Assembly (NCBI GenBank): GCA_963841435.1
Contig: CAWJCS010000006.1
Coordinates: forward strand, 32,001 to 96,000
DNA: 64,000 nt
From: an uncultured delta proteobacterium
Lineage (GTDB): Bacteria; Myxococcota_A; Polyangia; Polyangiales; Polyangiaceae
Direction of reading: 5' to 3'
Made by a program: the position numbers and the translations under genes. This document shows, piece after piece, positions 20,118 through 29,965 of this stretch. Under the pieces are notes generated by a model. That model was given only the letters and a program-made list of their open reading frames with translations. It did not search any database and was not told the DNA's origin. Positions within the stretch are counted from its first letter, which is position 1. Each line of letters starts with the position of its first letter.

Positions 20118-20852
20118 ATGCCGATCGAGCGACGAACAAGCGAGCCGGGCGCGCCGCTCTACACAGAGCTCTTGCGCGGCGGACAGATGTGGTCACGCGT
20201 GCTCTCGCGGGGCGAGCGGCTGAAGCTCGTCAACGTCGAGGGCGGGGCGACGGCGGCAGCATTGCTGTTCAACGCGGTGTCGCCCCTCGAACGCTACAAC
20301 ATGCCCGACACGCTCAAGGCGCAGCACATCGCGCGCCTGACGACCGACACCGTCCTCTACTCCGACATGGGCTGCGTGCTCTGCTCGGTCGTCGCCGACG
20401 ACTTCGGCTGGCACGACACCATCACGGGACACATGACGCGTGCGGCCTCCGAAGGGAAATTCGGGCCTGGCAGCTACCAGGAGCTTCGCAACGACTTTTA
20501 CCGCAACACCCGTGACAACTTCCTGATTGAGCTCGGCAAGCACGGGCTCGGCAAGCGTGACCTTCATGCCAACGTGAATTTCTTCGTCAAAGTGGTGGCC
20601 GACCTGGAAGGGACGCTCTCATTTTCGAAGAACGAGCGCCCGGGAGCGAGCGTCGAGCTGCGCGCCGAGCTCGACGTGCTCGTCGTGCTGTCGAACACGC
20701 CGCACCCGCTCGACCCTTCAGCGCGCTACGCGCCGAAACCCCTCGGGGTCGAGATTCGCGCCGGGCTCCCTGCCGGGCCCGACGATCCTTGCCGGCGTTC
20801 GTGTGCCGAGAACGAGCGCGGCTTCACCCTCACCGAACGAGCGGCGAGCTAG
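20118..20852 (+). CDS. cgdA: Urea-carboxylase-associated protein 2 (DUF1989) = carboxyguanidine deiminase subunit
   Basis: ERYNMPDTLKAQH, LYSDMG, GWHDTITG, NVNFF, SNTPHPLDP; SD AAGGAG. Confidence 0.85.
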   Translation: MPIERRTSEPGAPLYTELLRGGQMWSRVLSRGERLKLVNVEGGATAAALLFNAVSPLERYNMPDTLKAQHIARLTTDTVLYSDMGCVLCSVVADDFGWHDTITGHMTRAASEGKFGPGSYQELRNDFYRNTRDNFLIELGKHGLGKRDLHANVNFFVKVVADLEGTLSFSKNERPGASVELRAELDVLVVLSNTPHPLDPSARYAPKPLGVEIRAGLPAGPDDPCRRSCAENERGFTLTERAAS

Positions 20853-20861
20853 GAGGCAACG

Positions 20862-21503
20862 ATGACGCTCAAGGAAAGCCGTCTCGAGCCCGCCCGCGCC
20901 ATCTTCGACGAGATCGTGCTTTCGGGCACGGGCTTCAGCCGCCTCATTCACCATGGGCAGACGCTGCGCATCGTCGACCTCGAGGGCAACCAAGCGGTCG
21001 ATACGCTATTTTACGACGCCCACGAGCGCAGCGATCGCTACAGCGCGGTCGATACCATCCGCGAGCAGGGCAACATCTACCTCACCACGGGGTCGCGGCT
21101 GATTTCGACCGAAGGCAACCTGCTGCTCACGATCGTGGCGGACACTTGCGGTCGCCACGACACGCTCGGCGGTGCATGCGCCGCGGAGTCGAATCAGGTT
21201 CGCTACGCCATCGAAAAGAAGTTCATGCACAACTGCCGCGACACGTTCCTGCTCGAGATTCAGGAGCGTCTGTCGCCGATGGAGAAGCGGGACATCACCC
21301 ACAACATCAACTTCTTCATGAACGTGCCCGTCACGCTCGAGGGCGGACTGCGCTTCGAGGACGGCATTTCGGCGCCGGGCCGCTACGTCGAGCTGTTCGC
21401 CGAGCGGGATGTCACGGTCTTGATCTCGAATTGCCCGCAGCTCAACAACCCCTGCAACGGCTACGACCCGACCCCGATTCGCATCCTGGTCTGGGACGCG
21501 TAG
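20862..21503 (+). CDS. cgdB: Urea-carboxylase-associated protein 1 (DUF1989) = carboxyguanidine deiminase subunit
   Basis: [59 protein letters not shown]. Confidence 0.88.
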   Translation: MTLKESRLEPARAIFDEIVLSGTGFSRLIHHGQTLRIVDLEGNQAVDTLFYDAHERSDRYSAVDTIREQGNIYLTTGSRLISTEGNLLLTIVADTCGRHDTLGGACAAESNQVRYAIEKKFMHNCRDTFLLEIQERLSPMEKRDITHNINFFMNVPVTLEGGLRFEDGISAPGRYVELFAERDVTVLISNCPQLNNPCNGYDPTPIRILVWDA

Positions 21504-21517
21504 CCCGGAAGCGCGCC

Positions 21518-24500
21518 GTGTTCTCGAAGGTTCTGATCGCCAACCGCGGCGAAATCGCCTGCCGCGTGCTCGCGACGCTCCGGCGGCTGGGCGTGAGAAG
21601 CGTGGCGATCCACTCCGAGGCGGACCGCCACGCTCGCCACGTGCTCGAGGCCGACGAGAGCGTCTGCGTCGGGCCGCCGCCCGCGCTCGAGAGCTACCTC
21701 GACCAGCAGGCCGTCCTCGAGGCGGCGCGACGCACGGGCGCCGAGGCCGTCCACCCCGGTTACGGCTTTCTATCGGAGAACGCCCAGTTCGCCGAACGGG
21801 TGGAGGCGGCGGGGCTCACGTTCGTCGGACCCACTCCCGCCCAGATCCGCCGCTTCGGCACCAAGCACGGCGCGCGAGCGCTCGCCCGCCAGCTCGGCGT
21901 CCCGCTCTTGCCGGGCACCGGGCTCGTTGCCGAGGTCGCGGATGCCGAGCGCGAGGCTCTGCGCATCGGATTCCCGCTCATCGTGAAGAGCACGGCGGGC
22001 GGCGGCGGGATCGGCATGCAGGTGTGTCGCGAGCGGAGCACCCTCGCCGACCAGTTCCGCTCGGCACGCGCGCTCGCCGAGAAGAACTTCGGCGATGGAG
22101 GCCTGTTCCTCGAGCGCTTCGTCGAGCGGGCGCGGCACGTGGAGGTGCAGATCTTCGGCGACGGCACGGGCCGCGTCATTGCGCTCGGCGAGCGTGATTG
22201 CTCCGCGCAGCGCCGGCACCAGAAGGTGATCGAGGAGACGCCGGCCCCGCGCCTGACCGAGGACGCGCGCGGCGCGTTGCTCGAGCGGGCGGTCGCGCTC
22301 GGTCGCGCCGTCAGCTACCGCTCGGCCGGAACGGTCGAGTTCGTGCTCGATGACGAGTCGGGCGAGTTCTTCTTTCTCGAGGTGAATACGCGCTTGCAAG
22401 TCGAGCATCCCGTGACGGAAGAGGTCACGGGAGTCGATCTCGTGGAGTGGATGCTCAAAGTCGCCGCGGGTGATGCGCTCGAGCTCGTGGCGCCGCAGGC
22501 GAGCGGCCATGCCGTCGAGGTGCGCGTGTACGCCGAGGACCCCGAGCGCGGGTTCCGGCCGAGCGCGGGGCTGTTGACGGAGGTGTCGTTCCCTCCGGGG
22601 GTGCGCGTCGACACCTGGGTCGGCGCGGGTACGGAGGTGCCGCCTTACTACGATCCGATGCTCGCCAAGATCATCGTCCACGGCGCCGATCGCGAGCAAG
22701 CGCTCGCCCGCCTGTCCGCGGCGCTCCACGCCACCGAGCTCGGCGGCATCGAGACGAACCTCCGGTATCTGAGAGCGCTCGTCGACGCGGAGGTCGTGCG
22801 CTCGGGGCTGATCGTCACGAGCACGCTCGCGAGCTTCCGCCCGCCGAGCCTGAGCGTCGAGGTGCTGTCGCCGGGCACGCTGACGACGATCGCAGGATCA
22901 CCCCGGGCGCCTCGGCTACTGGGCGATCGGCGTGCCGCCGTCCGGGCCCATGGACGCTCGTTCGATGCGCCTCGCCAACCGGGCCGTCGGCAACGTCGCG
23001 GGAGCGGCCGCGCTCGAGATCACGGTGTCGGGCCCCACCTTGGTCTTCGCAACGGACGCCGTGGTCGCGCTCGCGGGCGCTCCGATGCCGGCGACGCTCG
23101 ACGGCGCGCTCGTCTCCTACCTCGAGCCCGTCCGTGTCCGCGCGGGCCAGAAGCTCGCCATCGGCTCGCTCACGGGCCCCGGCTGTCGCGCCTACCTCGC
23201 CGTGCGACACGGCTTCGACGTGCCGGCCTACCTGGGCAGCCGCTCGACGTTCACACTCGGCGGCTTCGGCGGCCACGGGGGCCGGGCCCTCCGCAAGGGC
23301 GACGTTTTGCACGTCGCAAAGAGCGGCTTCACCGACGGCGAGCCCCTCCGTCTCGACCCTCGGCTCGCGCCCGAGCTCGGCGACCACTTCACGATCGGAG
23401 TGCTCTACGGACCCCACGGTGCGCCCGACTTCTTCACGCCTCGCGACATCGAAACCTTCTTCGCGACCGACTGGGAGGTCCACTACAACTCGGCGCGCAC
23501 CGGCGTGAGGCTCGTCGGTCCGAAGCCCGAATGGGCCCGCCCTGACGGCGGCGAGGCGGGCCTCCACCCCTCGAACATCCACGATGTCGCCTATGCCGTC
23601 GGCACGGTGGACTTCACGGGTGACATGCCCATCGTGCTCGGCCCCGACGGACCGAGCCTCGGGGGTTTCGTGTGTCCCGCGACGATCGTCACGGGCGAGC
23701 TCTGGAAGCTCGGGCAGCTCCGGCCCGGCGCTCGCGTTCGCTTCGTGCCCATCGCGCCTGCGCAGGCCGCGCGGCTCGAGCACGCCGAGTCCGAGGCGAT
23801 CGCAACGCGGCGCCCGGTCGCGCCCGAGCCGCTGGCGTTCCAGATGCCCGAGCGCGCCGTGCTCCGCGAGCTCGGCGAGACCCAAGAGCACCCCAGCGTC
23901 TTTTACCGGCCGGCGGGCGACGGCTCTCTGCTCGTCGAATACGGCCCGCTCGTGCTCGACCTCGCACTGCGCTTTCGCGTGCACGCGCTCATGCAGTGGC
24001 TCGGCGCCGAGCGCGTGCCGGGTATCATCGACGTGACGCCCGGCATCCGCTCACTGCAGGTCCACTACGATCCGACCGAGCTCGGTCTCGCGAAGCTACT
24101 CGACGTGCTCGGGCACGCCGAGAGCGAGCTCCCCGTCGTCTCGAGCATGAAAGTGCCCACGCGCACCGTGCGGCTGCCGCTGTCGTGGGAAGACCCCGCG
24201 ACGCTGCTCGCCATCGAGAAGTACATGCAGAGCGTCCGGCCCGACGCCCCCTGGACGCCGAGCAACCTCGAATTCATTCGCCGCATCAACGGGCTCGACT
24301 CGATCGAGGACGTGCGCCGCATCGTGTTCGACGCGAGCTACCTCGTGCTCGGGCTCGGTGACGTTTACCTCGGCGCGCCCGTCGCCACGCCCGTCGACCC
24401 GCGGCACCGTCTCGTGACCACGAAGTACAACCCCGCGCGCACCTGGACGCCGGAAAACGCCGTGGGCATCGGCGGCGCCTACCTCTGCATCTACGGCATG

Positions 24501-25109
24501 GAGGGTCCGGGCGGCTACCAGTTCGTGGGGCGCACGCTGCAGGTCTACAGCCGCTTTTTACGCAGCCGCTACTTTACCGATCGCGAGCCCTGGCTGCTCA
24601 GGTTCTTCGACCAGATCCGCTTTTACCCGGTCGGCGCCGAGGAGCTCCTCGAGATGCGTGACGCCTTCCTCCACGGCAAGGTGGAGCTCGACATCGGCGA
24701 GGAGGTGTTCTCGCTCGCCGACTACCAGGGCATGCTGGGCCGCGAAGCCGACAGCATCGCGAGCTTCAAGCGCACGCAGCAAGCGGCGTTCGACGCCGAG
24801 CGGCAGCGCTGGGCCGAAGCCGGCGTCGCGTCGTCGCCCGTCGAGGTCGCGGGCGAGCCCGAGGAACGGCCTCTCGCACAGCGTCACCCCGGGGCGGAGC
24901 TCGTGGAGAGCCACGTTCACGGGAGCGTGTGGCAGCTCCGGGCCGAGGTCGGGCAGCGGGTGGCGCGAGGCGACACGCTCGTCGTCTTGGAGTCGATGAA
25001 GATGGAAATCGCGATCGAGGCGACGATGGAAGGCACCGTGGTGGAGCTCTGCGTGAGCGAAGGTCGTGCCGTGACCCCCGGGCAAGCGCTCCTCGTGGTG
25101 CGCCCATGA
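21518..25109 (+). CDS. uca: Urea/guanidine carboxylase (biotin carboxylase + carboxyltransferase + biotin carrier), with a one-base frameshift at ~22892
   Basis: [63 protein letters not shown]...[22 protein letters not shown], biotinyl site ESMKM. Confidence 0.93.
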
Positions 25110-26902
25110 TGAAGCTCCTCCCGACGCTCGAGCTCGGGCGCCTGTCGCGGCTCTACGCCGAAGGAACCGTGACCGCGAGCGCCGTCCTCGACGAGGTGTA
25201 TCGCCGCGTCGAGGCTCGCGGGCGAGCGCCGATCTGGATCGAGCTCGTGCCCAGGAACCGCGCGGGCGAGCTCCTCGCGCGTGCCGAGGAACGCCGCGCG
25301 CGCGGGGAGCGCCTGCCGCTCTACGGCGTGCCGTTCGCCATCAAGGACAACATCGATCTCGCCGGTGTCGCGACCACCGCAGGCTGCCCCGCCTTCCGCT
25401 ACGTGCCGGAAAAAAGCGCCACGGCCGTCGCGCGCCTCCTCTCGGCCGGCGCCGTGCCGATCGGCAAGACCAACCTCGATCAATTCGCCACGGGCCTGGT
25501 CGGCGTGCGCTCGCCCTTCGGCGCCTGCGGCTCCGCCTTCGACGAGCGTTACGTCGCCGGCGGCTCGAGCTCCGGGTCGGCGCTCGCCGTGGCGCACGCG
25601 CAGGTCTCGTTTTCGCTCGGTACGGACACGGCCGGCTCGGGTCGTGTGCCGGCTGGCTTCAACAACCTGGTCGGCGTCAAGCCGACGCGCGGGCTCGTGA
25701 GCACGCACGGGGTCGTTCCCGCGTGCCGGTCGCTCGATTGCGTCTCGGTGTTTGCGGGCAGCGTGCCGGATGCCCAGGCCGTGCTCGAGGTGCTCGCCGG
25801 GAGCGACCCGCTGGATCCGTTCTCGCGCGCGCCGGCCGTCGCGAGCTCGAGGCCCATCGGGCGCGTCGGCGTGCCCAAGACGCTCGAGTTCTTCGGCAAC
25901 GTCGCGTACGAGGCGCTCTTCGCGAGCGCGCGGCAGCGGCTCGCCGCGCTCGGTGCGAGCGTCGTCGAGGTGTCCATCGACGCCTTTCTCGAGGCTGCGA
26001 CGCTGCTCTACGGCGGGCCCTGGGTCGCGGAGCGCTACGCGGCCGTCGGCGAATTCATGGAAGCGCACCTCGGCGAGGTGCATCCGGTGGTGCGCGACAT
26101 CGTGCTCCGCGGCAAGGACGTGACGGGCGTCGAGACGTTCCGCGGCAGCTACCGCCTGCAAGCGCTCCGTCAGCGGACGGACGCCGTGCTCGCCGACGTC
26201 GACGCCTTGCTCCTGCCGACGACGGGTACACACCCGACCGTCGACGCCGTGCTCGCGAGCCCGGTGCAGGAGAACACGCATCTCGGCCGCTACACGAACT
26301 TCATGAACCTGCTCGACCTCGCGGCGATCGCCGTGCCCGCGGGCTTCACCGAGGATCATCTGCCCTTCGGCGTCACGCTCGTCGGTCCCGCTTTCAGCGA
26401 GGCACGCCTGCTTTCCTTCGCCGATCGGCTTCACCGTGCCGCCGGTGCCACCTTCGGTGCGACGGGCGTTGCGATCCTCGACGTGTCGACGCGCCCGGTG
26501 CCCGACGCGGCAGGCGACGAAATCCTGCTGGCGGTCGCCGGAGCGCACCTGAGCGGCCAACCGCTGAACGGCGAGCTCACCAGCCGCGGGGCACGCCTCG
26601 TCTGCGCGACGCGCACTGCCAGGAGCTACAAGCTTTACGCGCTCAGCGGCACGGTGCCGCCGAAGCCTGGGCTCGTGCGGGCACCCGACTTCGGCGGGCC
26701 GGGCATCGAGGTCGAGGTGTGGGCGCTCTCCGCGGCCGGCTTCGGTTCGTTCGTCGGCGGCGTGCCCGCGCCCATGGTGATCGGCAGCGTGGAGCTCGAG
26801 GATCAGAGCCGCGTCAAAGGGTTTCTGTGCGAGCCCTACGCGGTCGAGGGCAGTCGCGACATCACGGCGCTCGGCGGCTGGCGGGCGTTCCTCGCGTCCT
26901 GA
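25106..26902 (+). CDS. atzF: Allophanate hydrolase
   Basis: [39 protein letters not shown]-terminal domain [10 protein letters not shown]...GGWRAF. Confidence 0.93.
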   Translation: MMKLLPTLELGRLSRLYAEGTVTASAVLDEVYRRVEARGRAPIWIELVPRNRAGELLARAEERRARGERLPLYGVPFAIKDNIDLAGVATTAGCPAFRYVPEKSATAVARLLSAGAVPIGKTNLDQFATGLVGVRSPFGACGSAFDERYVAGGSSSGSALAVAHAQVSFSLGTDTAGSGRVPAGFNNLVGVKPTRGLVSTHGVVPACRSLDCVSVFAGSVPDAQAVLEVLAGSDPLDPFSRAPAVASSRPIGRVGVPKTLEFFGNVAYEALFASARQRLAALGASVVEVSIDAFLEAATLLYGGPWVAERYAAVGEFMEAHLGEVHPVVRDIVLRGKDVTGVETFRGSYRLQALRQRTDAVLADVDALLLPTTGTHPTVDAVLASPVQENTHLGRYTNFMNLLDLAAIAVPAGFTEDHLPFGVTLVGPAFSEARLLSFADRLHRAAGATFGATGVAILDVSTRPVPDAAGDEILLAVAGAHLSGQPLNGELTSRGARLVCATRTARSYKLYALSGTVPPKPGLVRAPDFGGPGIEVEVWALSAAGFGSFVGGVPAPMVIGSVELEDQSRVKGFLCEPYAVEGSRDITALGGWRAFLAS

Positions 26903-26916
26903 TCTATAAGGGGCCC

Positions 26917-27627
26917 ATGGCCATGCTCGACGGCAGGCGGATCCTGCTCACGGGAGTGTCGCGCGGCGTCGGGCTCGAGGTCGCGCGCCTGTTCCTCGCC
27001 GAAGGTGCCGAGATCGTGGGGGTGGCCCGCGACCCCGTGCGACTCGACCGCGTGCGCCGCGAGCTCGACCCCGGTGGCGAGCGGTTCTCGGTCGTGGCGG
27101 TTAACCTCACGGCGCGCGATGCCGCAGAGCACGTGCTCGGCGCCGTGCGAAAACGCTTCGTTGCGCTCGACGTGCTCTTCAACAACGCCGGTGTTCAGAC
27201 CGACGGCGACACGCAGGGCATCTCCGAGGGTGACGAGGCGGTCTTCGAGCAGGCGCTCGCCGCGAACCTGCTTGCACCCTACCGCTTCTGTCGCGCGTTC
27301 TTGCCGCTACTGCTCGCGGGGCGCGAGCCGCGCATCGTGAACGTGAGCTCGGGGGCCGGCAACTTCGAGAGCATGCGTAGCATCGGCATTCCGACCTATC
27401 GTCTGTCGAAGTGGGCGCTGAACGGGCTCACCATGTTGCTTGCCACGGAGCTCGCGGGAAAAGTCAGCGTGAATGCCTTCGACCCGGGCTGGGTCAAGAC
27501 CGATCTCGGCGGACCCAAGGCCCCGGGCTCGCCGGTCGAGTCGGCGCGCGGCGCGCTCGCGCTCCTCCGCCTGCCAGTTTCCGAGACGGGGAAGTTCTGG
27601 AAGGACGGCGCCGAGATACCCTTCTGA
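26917..27627 (+). CDS. Short-chain dehydrogenase/reductase (carbonyl-reductase-like)
   Basis: [34 protein letters not shown]. Confidence 0.9.
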   Translation: MAMLDGRRILLTGVSRGVGLEVARLFLAEGAEIVGVARDPVRLDRVRRELDPGGERFSVVAVNLTARDAAEHVLGAVRKRFVALDVLFNNAGVQTDGDTQGISEGDEAVFEQALAANLLAPYRFCRAFLPLLLAGREPRIVNVSSGAGNFESMRSIGIPTYRLSKWALNGLTMLLATELAGKVSVNAFDPGWVKTDLGGPKAPGSPVESARGALALLRLPVSETGKFWKDGAEIPF

Positions 27628-27704
27628 TTCGCTCCACCAACTGCTCCGTCACTCATCTGCTCCTGCCAAAGACCGGTGGAGTAGTGCTAAAAGCCGGTGA
27701 TCGC

Positions 27705-28136
27705 ATGTACGACGTTCTCTTGATGGTCCATTTTTTGGGTCTCGCCATGGGGGTCGGCACGAGCATCTCGATGCTCACGCTCGGCAAGGCCGCGCAAAAT
27801 CTCGCGCCGGAGGAGCGCGCGACGTTCTTCGCGCGCGTGGGCGGCCTCTCGCGCAACGGCTCGATCGGCCTGGCGCTCTTGATTGCGAGCGGCCTCGGCT
27901 TGTTGTTCGCGCGCGGCGCCTCGACGACCTTCGCGACGGCGGGTGGCGCGTTCCACACGAAGCTCCTGCTCGTCGTCGTGCTCTCCGGAATGCTCGGGTA
28001 CTCGCAGGTCTTGCGCAAACGTTTGCGCGAGGCAGGCGGCACGGGCCCGGCGGCGGCGAAACTCCCGAAGCTCGGCGCGGGTATGCTGCTCGTCAGCCTC
28101 GCGATCATCGTGCTCGCCGTGCTCGCCTTTCACTGA
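27705..28136 (+). CDS. Small 4-TM membrane protein (CopD/DUF2269-like)
   Basis: LMVHFLGLAMG...LLIASGLGL...FHTKLLLVV; four hydrophobic helices. Confidence 0.65.
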   Translation: MYDVLLMVHFLGLAMGVGTSISMLTLGKAAQNLAPEERATFFARVGGLSRNGSIGLALLIASGLGLLFARGASTTFATAGGAFHTKLLLVVVLSGMLGYSQVLRKRLREAGGTGPAAAKLPKLGAGMLLVSLAIIVLAVLAFH

Positions 28137-28201
28137 GCGCTCGGGCCGCGCCGCCCGGCCGGGGCTTTCGCCGCGGGCCACGCGTCTGCTTCGCGTCGGT
28201 G

Positions 28202-29752
28202 CTAGCGGCGTTGATCGAGGATCGAGCGCTCGTCGGGCGGCTTCGCAACGGGAGCGGCCGGCTTGGGAGCTGCGGGGGCGGCTTGGGCCACGGCGGCCTT
28301 CGGCGCGGCCACGGCGGGCTTCGGTGCCGCTGCCGTCGGCGTGACGCGCGGCGAGGACGGCGGGCGTCGCGTGGCCGGTGGGGGCAGAGGTGCGGGTTTC
28401 GGTGGGCTCGGGGGCTCGGGCATCGGCGTGATGGCGATGGCGGACGCCGCTGCGCGTACGGACGGCTCGGCCGTGGCCGCCGGTGCCGGTACGACGGCGA
28501 CGGCCGCGGGCGCCAGCCCCGGCTCCGCGGGCGTGGGAACGAGCGCGGCCGCGCTGGCCGCCGGCTCGTCGGTCGGGGCGTCGCGCCCGAACAAGAAGAG
28601 CGCCACCGCACCGCCGACGACGACCGCCGCCAGACCGGTCACGGCAATCCACGGGCCGCTCCGCCGGCCGCTCCCCGCCCTGGTGAGCGCGCCTTCGGCC
28701 GACGTTCGCGAGAGCGCGCTCAGGCTAGCCGCCGCCGCCTGCCCGGCGGTCGTGGGCGTGGGCGCTCCGGCGTACTGAATTGGGCTCGCAGTCGCGACGC
28801 CGGAAGGTCCGGTGCCGGGCCCCGCGGAGCGGCTGGGCGAGGTCTGCGCGGGAGTGGGCGCCGGCGCGTAGCCGAGCATCGGCGCCGAGCCCCGGCCGAC
28901 GCCTCCCTCTCCTGCACAGACCCGGCGAAGCTCTTCGGCGGCCTCGCGCGCTGATCCGAAGCGCCGGTTCACGTCGCGCGCCACCGCGCGCTCGAACCAG
29001 GCGTCGAAGCCCGGCGGCACGGGGCCGAAGGTCGAAGGCGGCGGCACCGGCTCGACGCAGATCTTCAGCGTCAGCCCGCCGATGCTGTCGGCATCGAACG
29101 GGCGCCGGCCCGTGAGACACTCGACGGTCATCACGCCGAGCGCCCAGAGATCGGTCCGAAAATCGACGTTCTTCGCGCCGCTGATCTGCTCCGGGCTCAT
29201 GTAATAGGGCGTGCCCATCACCGCGCCCGTGCGCGTCGCCGAGTCGGTCGCGAGCGCGCTCTGGGCCTTCGCAATGCCGAAGTCGAGCACCTTGGCGAGC
29301 TCCTCGTCCTCGTTTTGCACGAGGAAGACGTTGTCTGGCTTGAGATCGCGATGCACGACGCCACCCTCGTGGGCGCGCACCAGGGCGCGGCTCACGTGAG
29401 TGATCACGCGCGCCGTCTCGGCGGGCGAAAGCCGCCCGAGACGTGCGAGTCGCTGCGCCAGGCTCTCGCCTTCCATCAGCTCCATGGCGATGAAGGGCAC
29501 GTGGGTCGCCTCGTCGACGCCGTGATCGAGGATCTGCACGACGTGGGGGCTGCGGAGCCCCGCCGCGGCGCGCGCCTCGCGGTGGAAGCGACCAATCGCC
29601 TCCGGGTTCGACATCACGTGCGGATCGATGAGCTTTATCGCGACCGGGGCCTCGAGGCCCAGGTGGGTGGCCCGCCAGACGGACCCCATCCCGCCACGCC
29701 CGAGGAGTGACTCGAGCCGGTATTTCCCCGCTAAGACGGAGCCCGAATCCAC
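28202..29752 (-). CDS. Ser/Thr protein kinase with single TM and Pro-rich extracytoplasmic tail
   Basis: LGRGGMGSVW, VAIK, HRDLKPDN, DFGIAK, GTPYYMSPE; TM segment WIAVTGLAAVVVGGAVALFLF. Confidence 0.92.
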   Translation of the reverse strand: MDSGSVLAGKYRLESLLGRGGMGSVWRATHLGLEAPVAIKLIDPHVMSNPEAIGRFHREARAAAGLRSPHVVQILDHGVDEATHVPFIAMELMEGESLAQRLARLGRLSPAETARVITHVSRALVRAHEGGVVHRDLKPDNVFLVQNEDEELAKVLDFGIAKAQSALATDSATRTGAVMGTPYYMSPEQISGAKNVDFRTDLWALGVMTVECLTGRRPFDADSIGGLTLKICVEPVPPPSTFGPVPPGFDAWFERAVARDVNRRFGSAREAAEELRRVCAGEGGVGRGSAPMLGYAPAPTPAQTSPSRSAGPGTGPSGVATASPIQYAGAPTPTTAGQAAAASLSALSRTSAEGALTRAGSGRRSGPWIAVTGLAAVVVGGAVALFLFGRDAPTDEPAASAAALVPTPAEPGLAPAAVAVVPAPAATAEPSVRAAASAIAITPMPEPPSPPKPAPLPPPATRRPPSSPRVTPTAAAPKPAVAAPKAAVAQAAPAAPKPAAPVAKPPDERSILDQRR

Positions 29753-29965
29753 GATCGGCGCGAGTTTACCACGCAAGGCCCTAATCATTCGCCCGAAGCA
29801 GTCGTTCTACGGGCGCCGCCCACCGAAGGCTCCCGTGCCATTGGAAGGGCGGAGCCGAGGCGACGAACGAACCCCTAATGCCCAAAAATGCGGGGGGGCT
29901 CTCCCTTTGCGGCGCCGGCGCGAGACTGCTAAATTCAAGGATTTGGCGCGCACCCCCGCGCACGT

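Noticed and set aside
29933-29945. Second IHF-like site (ATTCAAGGATTTG)
   Set aside because: One mismatch in the core and no supporting promoter identified.
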